A stretch of 63,724 nucleotides of DNA, counting the filler, from Candidatus Desantisbacteria bacterium CG1_02_49_89 (lineage in GTDB: Bacteria; Desantisbacteria; UBA1551), in NCBI GenBank assembly GCA_001871075.1. It is 6 parts of 6 records of this genome, joined end to end, with 100 filler letters (N's around TTAATTAATTAA, not from the genome) between each part and the next. Parts side by side here need not be neighbours in the genome. Positions count along the whole stretch, not along the records: positions 13,321 to 22,815 come from MNUP01000127.1; positions 22,916 to 32,842 come from MNUP01000021.1; 4 more parts are not named here. One strand, written 5' to 3'. Each line of letters begins with the position of its first letter. The stretch's first letter is position 1. Below the pieces are notes generated by a model that was not told the DNA's origin, ran no database searches, and was given only the letters and a program-made list of their open reading frames with translations. Below are positions 20,326-30,184 of this stretch, in pieces. Both the position numbers and the translations under genes were made by a program.

Positions 20326-20735
20326 GGTTAAAGGTTAAAGGTTGAAGGTTAAAGGTTGGAAACCTTACGAAACATCTTTTGTTCTGACCCTTGCCTTTAT
20401 TTTTGACTTCTTGAGATAATCAATAAGATTGAATAACATTGAGCTGATTATCCGGCACATTTCTCTCAGTTCACGATAACAGGCTTCATCAATATATTTT
20501 TGGTCTAAAGCAACCGTCAATTGCGCTCTTACCTCGCTGCAGGAACCTTAGCCCGCCTTATCTGATCCGAAAGCCAATAGTCTTTTGAAAATAAATTACC
20601 TTTTATAATATCGTAAATTCTATTTGACAAGCTCCTGGCCATTTTATAAACATCCATTTCTTCAACATTTTTCATTAAGCCCTCTTTTTTTCTTTTTTGC
20701 TTTAACCTTTAACTTTTAACCTTCAACCTTTAACT
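20326..20735. mobile_element. Putative cassette: four-helix-bundle gene between inverted heptamer arrays
   Basis: Five GGTTAAA-like units at 20326-20360 and five TTTAACC-like units at 20701-20735. Confidence 0.55.
20365..20675 (-). pseudogene. Four helix bundle protein (23S rRNA IVP/TIGR02436-like) with internal deletion and frameshift
   Basis: MKNVEEMDVYKMARSL...SKDYWLSDQIRRA joins out of frame to GSCSEVRAQLTVALDQKYID...LIDYLKKS; the conserved SNIAEG segment is missing near 20550. Confidence 0.85.
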
Positions 20736-21781
20736 ATCAGTTTGCAGGACAGCGCTTCTTCGTACACGGCCAGGATATTCTCCACCGGGGTGTCAGGCTG
20801 GATGCAGTGAGCTGGCGAGAAAATGTACCCGCCGCCTTTCGCTATAACGTCCAGGCGGTGGCGCGCTTCCCTTCTGCAATCCTCAACGGTTCCGTGCGGC
20901 AATGTCTGCTGGGTGCTTATAAGCCCGCAGAACGCGAGCCTGCCTTTGCATATCTTCCTTATTGTTTCAGGGTCCATTCCCGGAGGTTCTGGCTGCATCG
21001 CGTCCAGCACGTCCAGGCCCATTTCAATGAATGTCGGCATAATATCGTGCGTGTCGCCGCAGGAATGCATCATCGCTTTCGCGCCGAACTCGTGCGCGAG
21101 ATCATAGAACTTCTTAAGCCGCGGCAAGAAAATCCTGTCAAAGACCCGGGGGGAAACAAGCCTTCCCTTCTGCGTGCCGCAGTCCTCCCCAAGACAGACT
21201 ATATCTATCTTTCCCTTCCCTGCCTGCAGGCCGCGCTTGATCTCTTCGTAACAAAAATCCACGCGCTTGTCTATTACTGCTATCCCGACCTCGTCTTCAA
21301 GCGCGATATCCGTCAGGACCTGTTCCATTCCTCTGCCCCTGGACACGCCGTTGACTATGTCCGGGGTGCCTGCGCCTCCAAGGCAGACCGCGAAATCTTT
21401 ATTCTGCCCGCATTGCTGCTCTATGGCCGAAAAATCGTAATCGTTTATGTCAGGCCAGGGATATTTCCCGAGATCGTCCATTGTCTTTATGCGCGCAAGC
21501 CCCAGGTCAGCCGCCTCGTCATAAACGCCGAACTCGTTCTTCTGCCTGCGGTAACCCGTGCCCCAGATGTCGTAGTAAAGGCCGTCCTTCGGCTCTTTGA
21601 CCTTTCCTTTCCAGGCTGGGCCCACGCTCCTGAAATCTATGCCGAATACCTCAAGCAGATCCCTGCCCTTAAAATGTTCGGACAGGCGCTGCGAGATCTC
21701 CGGTGTCAGGTAGATCTGCAAAGGGACCCTGTCCGGCTCTTTCCACGCCAGCGATATTTTTACGCGTTCTTTTGAATTCAT
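20723..21781 (-). CDS. Uroporphyrinogen decarboxylase/MtaA-CmuA family protein (paralogue 3)
   Basis: MNSKERV, EPDRVP, GEDCGTQ, HSCGD, GGYIFSPAHCIQPDTP. Confidence 0.88.
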   Translation of the reverse strand: MNSKERVKISLAWKEPDRVPLQIYLTPEISQRLSEHFKGRDLLEVFGIDFRSVGPAWKGKVKEPKDGLYYDIWGTGYRRQKNEFGVYDEAADLGLARIKTMDDLGKYPWPDINDYDFSAIEQQCGQNKDFAVCLGGAGTPDIVNGVSRGRGMEQVLTDIALEDEVGIAVIDKRVDFCYEEIKRGLQAGKGKIDIVCLGEDCGTQKGRLVSPRVFDRIFLPRLKKFYDLAHEFGAKAMMHSCGDTHDIMPTFIEMGLDVLDAMQPEPPGMDPETIRKICKGRLAFCGLISTQQTLPHGTVEDCRREARHRLDVIAKGGGYIFSPAHCIQPDTPVENILAVYEEALSCKLIVKG

Positions 21782-21996
21782 CGAACCTCAAAAAAATTTA
21801 GCCACGGATTTCCCCCTGTAGCCCGCCAATATTCGTGGCGGGCTCAACGCAGGGACCTTCGGGTCAGAACCAAGCTGATGACCCTACGGCACGGATTTCA
21901 ACTTTGTAAACTATATAAACTCTGTAAACTTTGTAAACTGCATTTGCAATTACGGATTTTTTGCGATGCACGAAGAACGATGCACGATGAACGAGT

Positions 21997-22720
21997 CTAC
22001 CAGAGTGGCGGCTCGTACGGCCTGGTGAGCGGGTGTCCGTCAAGCGGCGGCTGGATCTTCGACAGGTCAACCCCGAACCTGTCAAGTATCGTCGGCGTGA
22101 TGTCGGCCCGGATGCCGCGCCGCATAACTTTAGGGTCGTTGGTCGCCAGGAACACATACGGAGCGTCCCCGTGGCCTGTTAATCCCTCGTCGAACCCGTG
22201 GTCCGCTGTCACGTAGATCAGGGTCTTGTCGTAAATGCCCAGCTCTTTTAATTTTTCCATGATCTTTCCTGTCCCGGAATCATCGGATATATACGCGTCG
22301 TTTGATTCCTTTGAGTTCTCCCCGTATTTATGGCCCTGCGCATCTATTTCAGCGAAGTGCACGAACATGAAAAAAGGCCTGTTTGCGTTCTGTCCCAGAA
22401 GCTCGATCGCCCTTTCCACGACCTTTTCATTCTTAGTAAGGCCGTTCTCGAAAAGGTCCATTCCCTGGCTTGCGTTGTAATACGGTTTGCCCTGCACAAC
22501 AAAATATGTCTTGCCATCTTCGGCAATTATTTTGCCGTCTGACTGCTTTTTTTGCAGCAACTTTCCTTTCTGCTTTTCGTTTTTTATCTCCCTTTTCACG
22601 GGAGCGTCAGCGTCCACGTGGCCTTTTTTACCTATGACAGCTGCAGTGAAAAAATCCTGGGGGGAAAAATACTGCTCAAGCCGCTCAAATACGGTGTATC
22701 CCTGTGGTATGGGCTGGTAC
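21997..22720 (-). pseudogene. Alkaline phosphatase/phosphodiesterase superfamily gene, 3' part, interrupted by a MITE
   Basis: FVHFAEIDAQGH, VTADHG motifs; the frame is open up to the CTAG at 22721 (RYQPIPQGYTVFERL...). Confidence 0.75.
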
Positions 22721-22815
22721 CTAGTATGGTGTCACATAAATCCCTTGACATTTGATTCTGCTTTGAGTTGTCATTGCGAGCGACCAAAGGGAGCGTGGCA
22801 ATCTCGATTTTTAGG
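22721..22815 (-). mobile_element. MITE family A, partial copy
   Basis: Starts CTAGTATGGTGTCAC; reverse complement of 55501-55598 and of the end of 63560-63724. Confidence 0.85.
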
Positions 22816-22915
22816 NNNNNNNNNNNNNNNNNNNNNNNNNNNNNNNNNNNNNNNNNNNNTTAATTAATTAANNNNNNNNNNNNNNNNNNNNNNNNNNNNN
22901 NNNNNNNNNNNNNNN
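22816..22915. other. Artificial contig spacer
   Basis: N44-TTAATTAATTAA-N44. Confidence 0.99.
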
Positions 22916-22916
22916 A

Positions 22917-24110
22917 TTAGAGGAAGCAAGGATAAAGAAAGAAGAGGATTTGCACCAGTCAGCAAGCAATACCCTGCAGGCCAAGCGGGCTGAGCTTGAA
23001 AAGCTTGAAGCAGAAAAGGAACAGATAGAGCCCACATTGAAAGCCAAAGAAACCAGAAAATCTTTAAAGTCTACAATGGCAAAAATATCCCAGCTGAAAC
23101 CCAGGATAAGTTCGCTTTCCCAGTCTATTGTGTCATCAGAGAAGGCGCTTGAAAGATCAAGGAACGAAGAGCCTTTCCGCTATCGGATCGATTACGCGAT
23201 GAATATTTTAATGATCGACGCTCCCCTCCTGACGCACAGGTTCTCGTTCGGCGCGGATTTCGACACGTTTGATGTGCTTGCAAAGAAGGCCGAGGAAGAA
23301 AAGGCAAGGAAGGCCGAAGAAGCAAGGCTGAAGAAAGAAGAAGAAGAGAGGCAGAAAGCCGAACTTGAGGCAAAGCGCCAGGCGCTTGCGGAGGAAAAGA
23401 AGCAGAAGGAAGAAGCGGAAGCGCAAAGGCTTCTCGAAGAGAAGGCGAAAAAGGAACAGGAAGAAAAACAGAAAGCGCAGGAAGCCGGGAATTTGATCCT
23501 TGAGGCGGAGAAACTCGTAAAGCAGGCAGAACTGCAGACCTCCACGCAGGAAGCCGAAAAGCTGAAAGCAGAGGCGGCAAAGAAGAAACAGGAAGCGGCA
23601 CTGGCGACAGCCGACGCGGAAAAAGCAAGAACCGAGGCAGCGGCGCTTGCGGACAGGGAGCAGCAGGAAAAGCTCGCGGCCGAGGCAAAATCCGCCGAGT
23701 TAAAGACGAAATTCGAGTCGCTGGCCAAAGAAAGGCCGAAGGACGTGGTCATAAGGGACAGCGCAAGGGGAGTAAGCGTCAGTGTGAACGCGGGTACGCT
23801 TTTCGCGACAGGCCGTTCCACGCTTAACCCGAAGAGCCTTCCGATACTGGATAAACTGGCAGAGGTTCTGGGTACGACCTCCGAGAACATCAGCGTAGAA
23901 GGCCACACCGATTCGATAGGCAGCCGGGACGCCAACGTCAAGCTTTCGACAGCCAGGGCCGAGGCCGTTGCGAAGATACTTATCGACAAGGGGATCGCGA
24001 GGGAAAGGATAACAACGACAGGTTACGGGCCTGACCGTCCCGCGGCTTCCAACGCCACAAAAGAAGGAAGGGAGCAGAACCGCAGGGTCGAGATCATCCT
24101 TTTAAAGTAG
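22917..24110 (+). CDS. OmpA-family peptidoglycan-binding protein with long coiled coil (5' truncated)
   Basis: EGHTDSIG, LSTARAEAV, GREQNRRVEI; E/K/A-rich region. Confidence 0.9.
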   Translation, partial: LEEARIKKEEDLHQSASNTLQAKRAELEKLEAEKEQIEPTLKAKETRKSLKSTMAKISQLKPRISSLSQSIVSSEKALERSRNEEPFRYRIDYAMNILMIDAPLLTHRFSFGADFDTFDVLAKKAEEEKARKAEEARLKKEEEERQKAELEAKRQALAEEKKQKEEAEAQRLLEEKAKKEQEEKQKAQEAGNLILEAEKLVKQAELQTSTQEAEKLKAEAAKKKQEAALATADAEKARTEAAALADREQQEKLAAEAKSAELKTKFESLAKERPKDVVIRDSARGVSVSVNAGTLFATGRSTLNPKSLPILDKLAEVLGTTSENISVEGHTDSIGSRDANVKLSTARAEAVAKILIDKGIARERITTTGYGPDRPAASNATKEGREQNRRVEIILLK

Positions 24111-24114
24111 ATAA

Positions 24115-24750
24115 TTGAAAAGAAAAAGTCTGCTGAAATGCTTTTTGTTTGTCTGCGCCTTAGGCGCATGTTTCGCATGCCAGCTTTTACTGCCGGACCT
24201 GCAGGGACGCGCTGAAGCCGGCAACATCCTGATCACGAATTTCATCAACTTGAGCGGTTACAGCGGCGACTGGGACCTGGAGAACGAAATACCGGGGCAA
24301 ATAACAGAAGAGCTCGTGCGCAGGTACCAGGAAATACCAGTATTCCGGAAAAGGTCCTGGAAGGACAGACCGGAAGACCTTAGAAAGAAATTTCCCGGTT
24401 TTATGATCATAACGGGTGAGATCACGGATTTCGGTTACAATGACAACACGATGCTCGTCTGGCCCGTAATGTACAAGACGACAGTTGCTACAGTCGAGAT
24501 CAAACTGGATATAATTACCGATGAGGAGATATACACCCAGACGCTGAACGCGGAGGCAAAAAAAGACGGGTTTGAGCTTCAGTTGTTCGGGCCGGAGGAA
24601 TCCGGTGAGGAAAAAGACGAACTCGCCGGGGTGAAATTCGGCGACGCTGCATTCTGGAATATCCTGCCCGGCAAAGCGATCCGGGAAGCGATAGACAAAT
24701 GCATGAAGGAGGTGGATGTTCATCTACCGAAAGAACAGGAAAACAATTAG
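24115..24750 (+). CDS. Exported hypothetical protein (possibly CsgG/TolB-N-like)
   Basis: Signal peptide; IITGEITDFG pattern. Confidence 0.6.
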   Translation: MKRKSLLKCFLFVCALGACFACQLLLPDLQGRAEAGNILITNFINLSGYSGDWDLENEIPGQITEELVRRYQEIPVFRKRSWKDRPEDLRKKFPGFMIITGEITDFGYNDNTMLVWPVMYKTTVATVEIKLDIITDEEIYTQTLNAEAKKDGFELQLFGPEESGEEKDELAGVKFGDAAFWNILPGKAIREAIDKCMKEVDVHLPKEQENN

Positions 24751-24856
24751 AAAATTTAAATTTGAAATTAAAAATAGTGGAATTACTATCTATAAATTTT
24801 GCATTTTTAGTTTTTTTCCGAAGGAATCCTTTAGGGCATTTTTAATTGAAAAGGGT

Positions 24857-24883
24857 TCCCGGCTGTGAAGTCGGGATTTTTTT
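24857..24883 (+). terminator. Intrinsic terminator
   Basis: TCCCGGCT-GTGA-AGTCGGGA stem followed by a T run. Confidence 0.65.
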
Positions 24884-24884
24884 A

Positions 24885-24913
24885 TTGATTTTTTCCCGTT
24901 TTTATGGTATAAT
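24885..24913 (+). promoter_or_regulatory. Sigma70-type promoter upstream of clpC
   Basis: TTGATT-17 bp-TATAAT with extended -10 TG. Confidence 0.65.
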
Positions 24914-25172
24914 ATATATATTGTGTTTCCATATACTACAAATGTACAAAATAACCTGACGATGTCATTGCGAACGAACGAAGTGAGTGTGGCAATCTAT
25001 AGATTGCTTCGTCGCTTCGCTTCTCGCAACGACTACGTCGGATTGTCCCGAAGATCCCTCCGGGGCTTCGTCATTCTGTTCTCCGAAGGAGTCCGTATGA
25101 CTCTTCGGAGTCCATCGGACCTCGCAATGACTGATTACTTAATGCGTTTGTGTTAGACATAACAGGGGGTTT

Positions 25173-27626
25173 GTGATGTTCGGAAGGTTCACGGAAAGGG
25201 CGAGCCGCGCCCTCCTTCTTGCCCAGGAAGAGGCAAGGAGGCTTAATCATGATTATGTTGGGACAGAACACATACTGCTTGGCCTGGTGCGCCTCGGCGA
25301 AGGGGTTGCCGCTGACGTGCTGCAGAACCTGAACGTTGACCTTGACAAGGTCCGTATCGAGGTGGAAAAAATAGTCGGCAAGGGCCGCGCGATGCTTGTG
25401 CTGGGTGAAATACCTTTTACGCCAAGGGCTAAAAAGGTGCTTGAGCTTGCCATGGAAGAAGCCCAGAACCTTAAGCATAACTACATGGGCACCGAGCACC
25501 TGCTCCTGGGGTTGATAAGGGAGGAAGAAGGCATTGCCGCAAGGGTCCTGCAGAACCTTGGCGCAGATCTGGGGAAGATACGCGACGCCGTGATATCACA
25601 GTTAGAGGGAATGGGCGTTGATTCGACTACGGGCATAAAAAAGAAAAGCAAGACGCCGACCATAGATTCTTTCGGAAGGGATCTTACGGAACTGGCGGAG
25701 AAAGGCAAGCTCGATCCCGTGATAGGCAGGCAGGACGAGATCGAAAGGATCACCCAGATCCTGGCAAGGCGCACCAAGAACAATCCGGTGCTGATAGGCG
25801 ATCCCGGAGTCGGGAAGACCGCTATAGTCGAAGGGCTCGCGCAGAGGATCGTCTCGAAGAGCGTGCCGGAAGTGCTGCTGGAAAAAAGGGTCATCAGCCT
25901 TGACCTTCCCGCGCTTGTTGCCGGGACAAAATACAGGGGAGAATTCGAAGAGCGCCTGAAACGGGTCGTCGATGAGATCAGGAGGTCCGCCAACGTCATC
26001 ATTTTTATTGACGAGATACACAACCTTGTCGGCGCGGGAGCCGCGGAGGGCGCGATTGACGCTGCCAGCATCCTCAAACCCGCGCTCGCCAGAGGGGAGA
26101 TACAGTGCATAGGCTCAACAACGCTGGACGATTACAGGAAATATGTCGAGCGGGATAGCGCCCTGGAGAGAAGGTTTCAGACCGTAAAAGTGAAAGAGCC
26201 CGGCGTGCAGGAGACGATAGAGATATTAAAAGGGCTGAGGGACAGATACGAAGCGCACCACAGGGTAAAGATAACGGACAAAGCGCTTGAGGCGGCAGCT
26301 GAACTGAGCAGCAGGTATATCTCGGACAGGTTCCTCCCCGACAAGGCGATCGACCTTATAGACGAAGCCGGGTCGCGCGCAAGACTTATGACAACGACGC
26401 GCCCCCCCGATATCAAGACCATGGAAGCCGACCTTGAGCAGGTGACGAAAGAAAAAGAATCGGCGATCAAAAACCAGGAATTTGAGAGCGCCGCGAATAT
26501 ACGGGATAAAGAAAAAAAGCTGAAGGATAAGCTCGAGTCCGTGAAGCGCGAGTGGGACAAGCACAAGCTCGAGCACGGCGAATCCGTTGTTGACGAGGAA
26601 GGCATCGCGTACATAGTTTCCAAATGGACGGGGATCCCGCTTTTGAAGCTGACCCAGAAGGATCAGGAAAAAATACTGAACATGGAAAAAGATCTCCAGA
26701 AGGCCGTAGTAGGCCAGAAGGAGGCGATAGACGTTGTAAGCAGGGCGATAAGAAGGGCGAGGACAGGGCTTAAAGACATACGCAGGCCGACCGGGTCATT
26801 TCTTTTCCTGGGACCCACCGGAGTGGGCAAGACAAAGCTCGCGAAGAGCCTCGCGGGTTTCCTTTTCGGGGACGAGGACGCCATTACGCGCGTCGATATG
26901 TCGGAATTCATGGAAAAATTCAGCGTTTCGCGCCTGATAGGCGCGCCGCCGGGATACGTGGGTTATGACGAAGGCGGGGTCCTGACCGAATCAGTAAGGC
27001 GCAAACCGTATTCCGTGGTCCTGCTGGACGAAATAGAGAAGGCCCATCCGGACGTCTTCAACATACTGCTGCAAGTCCTTGATGACGGAAGGCTGACGGA
27101 TAACCTGGGCCATACCGTTGATTTCCGCAACACCGTGATCATAATGACCGCGAACATAGGGGCAAGGGAGATCGTGAGGGGAAAGACCTCCATGGGTTTC
27201 CAGACCGTTGACGACAAAGAAGGGACCTACCAGGACATGAAAGACAAGGTGATGTCAGAGGTCAAGCGCACGTTCAACCCCGAGTTCCTGAACCGGCTGG
27301 ATGAAATAGTGGTTTTCAGGCCTCTTGGCAAAGAGGAAATACTGAAAATAACGGACCTGATGATATCAGAGATCAACTCGGGGTTGAGCCAGAAAGGCAT
27401 ACGCATAATCCTTGACGACGACGCGAAAGAACTGCTCGCGAAAGCCGGTTTTGACCCCGCTTTTGGAGCCAGGCCCCTGCGCAGGACGATACAGAGAATG
27501 CTTGAAGACCCGCTGTCATCCGAGATGCTGACAGGCAAATTCAAGGGTGGGGAAGTATTCGTTAAGGCAAAAGAAGACGTTCTTGTATTCGAGGAGGCGA
27601 TACCGGTTCAGGCGAAAATAGTCTGA
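25173..27626 (+). CDS. clpC: ATP-dependent Clp protease ATP-binding subunit ClpC
   Basis: Double Clp-N repeats, GDPGVGKT and GPTGVGKT Walker A motifs, UVR-like M domain. Confidence 0.95.
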   Translation: MMFGRFTERASRALLLAQEEARRLNHDYVGTEHILLGLVRLGEGVAADVLQNLNVDLDKVRIEVEKIVGKGRAMLVLGEIPFTPRAKKVLELAMEEAQNLKHNYMGTEHLLLGLIREEEGIAARVLQNLGADLGKIRDAVISQLEGMGVDSTTGIKKKSKTPTIDSFGRDLTELAEKGKLDPVIGRQDEIERITQILARRTKNNPVLIGDPGVGKTAIVEGLAQRIVSKSVPEVLLEKRVISLDLPALVAGTKYRGEFEERLKRVVDEIRRSANVIIFIDEIHNLVGAGAAEGAIDAASILKPALARGEIQCIGSTTLDDYRKYVERDSALERRFQTVKVKEPGVQETIEILKGLRDRYEAHHRVKITDKALEAAAELSSRYISDRFLPDKAIDLIDEAGSRARLMTTTRPPDIKTMEADLEQVTKEKESAIKNQEFESAANIRDKEKKLKDKLESVKREWDKHKLEHGESVVDEEGIAYIVSKWTGIPLLKLTQKDQEKILNMEKDLQKAVVGQKEAIDVVSRAIRRARTGLKDIRRPTGSFLFLGPTGVGKTKLAKSLAGFLFGDEDAITRVDMSEFMEKFSVSRLIGAPPGYVGYDEGGVLTESVRRKPYSVVLLDEIEKAHPDVFNILLQVLDDGRLTDNLGHTVDFRNTVIIMTANIGAREIVRGKTSMGFQTVDDKEGTYQDMKDKVMSEVKRTFNPEFLNRLDEIVVFRPLGKEEILKITDLMISEINSGLSQKGIRIILDDDAKELLAKAGFDPAFGARPLRRTIQRMLEDPLSSEMLTGKFKGGEVFVKAKEDVLVFEEAIPVQAKIV

Positions 27627-27682
27627 CAAAACCAATACTAACACTAACACTAACACTAACTCAAACACCTAAAATAAAAACT

Positions 27683-30184
27683 ATGCTTAAAACTCCTATA
27701 TCTCTAAAACTGTTTCTTATACTACTCTTATTCTTCCCCTTACACGTTACACGTTACACGTTACACGATAATTTATACGCTCAGGGGATGGCGGAAGAAG
27801 ACGAGTTCAGCGTTGCGTACGGCCTTTATGAGAGAGGGCTTTACGAACTTGCGCTTACCCGCCTGCAGGCTTTCAGGGATTCGCATCCCGCGAGTTCCAG
27901 GACAGACGATGTTGAATTCCTTACGGGCGAGTGTTATTTTAATACGGCGCGTTTCAAGGAAGCGCTTGTTCGTTACGGCATGGTGAGGTCAAAACAATAT
28001 GAGGAAATTCTCCTGCTCAGGACCGGGCAGGTTTATTTTTTTCAGGATGAATACGACAGGGCCATATTGAAGCTGCAGGAGGTAATTACCAACTTTCCGA
28101 AAGGCAAGGCCGCGGACGCCGCCCTGTTTTTCCTCGGCGAATCCTATTATAAAAAGAACGATTTTCTTTCTGCAACAGGTATCTACACCATTCTGATCAA
28201 AGAGTATCCCGTATCGTCCTATCTGGACCAGTGCTATTATTCGCTGGCTTATTGCAGGTTCAGGAGGGGCGACCTTAAGGATGCGCTTGCCAGTCTTGAA
28301 AAAATCCTGAAAGATTTCCCTGATTCTTCGGTTGCAGCAGAGGCGAAAGTATTGAAAGGCCAGGTCCTGCAGGGCATGGGAGACAACGCGGGAGCAGTCC
28401 GTGCTTACAAAGACGTTCTTGCGTCGTTTTCCGCCGGTGAAAGCGGCGGCGATTTCGTGCTTTACCAGCTTGGAAACGCGTATTACAGCCTGAACGACTG
28501 GGCGGGCGCTGAAACGGTTTTTCACGCTATCCGCAAGGATTATCCCGGAGGTGAGTTTGTTCCATACGCGGACAAGGGTATAGCGGACTGCTTTTTCAAA
28601 CGGGGGGATTACGGTTCAGCGCTGAAACTCTACGGGAAATTTTTAGGCGATTTTCCAGCGCACGACCTTGCGCCGGATGTCAAATACTGGATCGCAGTAA
28701 CGCTTGACAGGCCGGGGAAAACAGAGGATGCCGTTTCCGGCTTCAGGAATTTTATAGGGGAATACAGGGGAAAGGGCGTGAGGGATGAGCTCGTGCTTGA
28801 CGCGTGGCTGCAGATCGGCGCAATTTTATACCGGAAGGGCGATTACGCGGGCGCGCGCAACGCTTTCGGCGAAGCGGTTCAGGCGCCGGAAAGGTTCGGC
28901 AGCATCAGGCGCGACGCGATGCTGGGCATAGCGGACTGTTATATCGCGGAAAAAAAGTACAATATAGGGCTTGAATATTACAGGAAGGCAGTGGAGGAAA
29001 CCGCCGGCGACACCGGACAGCCCCAGGTCAAGTACCAGATCGCTTACGCGTATTATAAGCAGGACGATTTCACCCGGGCGGTCCCTCTGTTCCTGGAGAT
29101 CCTGGAGAATGAAAAGGCCGTTCCCGCGGAAAAACGCGAGGAGCTGGTTGTAAACACGCTTTACTGGCTGGGGTGGTCGTATTTCAAGCAGGGGAAATTC
29201 AGGGATGCAGCCGGATCCTTCGGGATGCTTGCCGCCAGGTACCCGTCAGCCGCCCTGCGGTCTGACGCCCTTTACAGGCTGGGAGATTCGATGTATAACC
29301 TGGGCGCGTATGATGAGGCGCGCAAGGCTTATGAATCGGTTCTGCTGTCCGGAGAGCTTGAGGCGGAAGCCCTTTACGCGATAGCGTGCAGCTATTCCAT
29401 GGACGGCAAGGCCGAGAGTGCGGTTAAGACCTACAGGGTCGTGATAGAAAAATACCCGCAGAGCGACATGGCGGTTGAATCGGCTTTCAAGATAGCCGAA
29501 TTTGAGGGCAGAAAGGGCAATTATGACGAAGCGTCTTCATATTATAATTTCGTGCTTGCCAATTCGCCCCAGAGTTCCTTTGCCGCCAGGGCGCAGATGG
29601 GCGTGGCCGGCATACTGCTGAAGAAAAAGAAGGCCAGGGACGCTATCGCGGCTTACGCCGAGGTCGCAAAGAAATACCCGCAGGAGGAACGCCTTTGCAT
29701 GGAATCGGAATTCAGGACGGGAGTCTGCTACTCGCAGCTTGGGGATACCGGGAGATCCGAAGCTATTTTCAAATCTTTTATCGCTAGATACCCGAACAGC
29801 GATTTCCTGCCGGAGGCAGGCTACAGGCTGGGCCAGATATATTTTGACGCGGGCAGGTACAGAGACGCGCTCCCGTATTTCCAGAAATCAGCTTTACTTT
29901 CCCCGAGGCGCAGCGGAGTGGGTGCGGCTGCGCAGCTGAAAACCGGTGACTGCCTTTTTAATACCGGCAAATATGAAGACGCGACTTCCGAGTACCTGAA
30001 GGTTGTAGTGTTGTACCCCGGCGTAACCGATATGCACCCTGAGGCCGAATATAAAATGGGTGTATCGCTTCTTATGAGCGGCAAAGCAAAGGAAGCGAAG
30101 GAATACCTGAAGAAGGTGATCGAGAAATACCCGGACTCAAGCTGGTCCGCGGAGGCAAAGAAAGAACTTGGCAGAATACAGTAG
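27683..30184 (+). CDS. Periplasmic tetratricopeptide-repeat protein
   Basis: Signal peptide followed by many YfiO/YbgF-like TPRs (…YP.S…A…G.CY). Confidence 0.88.
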   Translation: MLKTPISLKLFLILLLFFPLHVTRYTLHDNLYAQGMAEEDEFSVAYGLYERGLYELALTRLQAFRDSHPASSRTDDVEFLTGECYFNTARFKEALVRYGMVRSKQYEEILLLRTGQVYFFQDEYDRAILKLQEVITNFPKGKAADAALFFLGESYYKKNDFLSATGIYTILIKEYPVSSYLDQCYYSLAYCRFRRGDLKDALASLEKILKDFPDSSVAAEAKVLKGQVLQGMGDNAGAVRAYKDVLASFSAGESGGDFVLYQLGNAYYSLNDWAGAETVFHAIRKDYPGGEFVPYADKGIADCFFKRGDYGSALKLYGKFLGDFPAHDLAPDVKYWIAVTLDRPGKTEDAVSGFRNFIGEYRGKGVRDELVLDAWLQIGAILYRKGDYAGARNAFGEAVQAPERFGSIRRDAMLGIADCYIAEKKYNIGLEYYRKAVEETAGDTGQPQVKYQIAYAYYKQDDFTRAVPLFLEILENEKAVPAEKREELVVNTLYWLGWSYFKQGKFRDAAGSFGMLAARYPSAALRSDALYRLGDSMYNLGAYDEARKAYESVLLSGELEAEALYAIACSYSMDGKAESAVKTYRVVIEKYPQSDMAVESAFKIAEFEGRKGNYDEASSYYNFVLANSPQSSFAARAQMGVAGILLKKKKARDAIAAYAEVAKKYPQEERLCMESEFRTGVCYSQLGDTGRSEAIFKSFIARYPNSDFLPEAGYRLGQIYFDAGRYRDALPYFQKSALLSPRRSGVGAAAQLKTGDCLFNTGKYEDATSEYLKVVVLYPGVTDMHPEAEYKMGVSLLMSGKAKEAKEYLKKVIEKYPDSSWSAEAKKELGRIQ

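Noticed and set aside
20365-20675. Four-helix-bundle pseudogene as the DGR accessory gene avd
   Set aside because: Its motifs fit the 23S IVP/TIGR02436 type. It is not next to the RT and is flanked by heptamer arrays.
16914-21781. Heme-pathway hemE genes
   Set aside because: No RQAGR motif. HSCG motif, multiple paralogues and sugar context point to the MtaA/CmuA-like branch.
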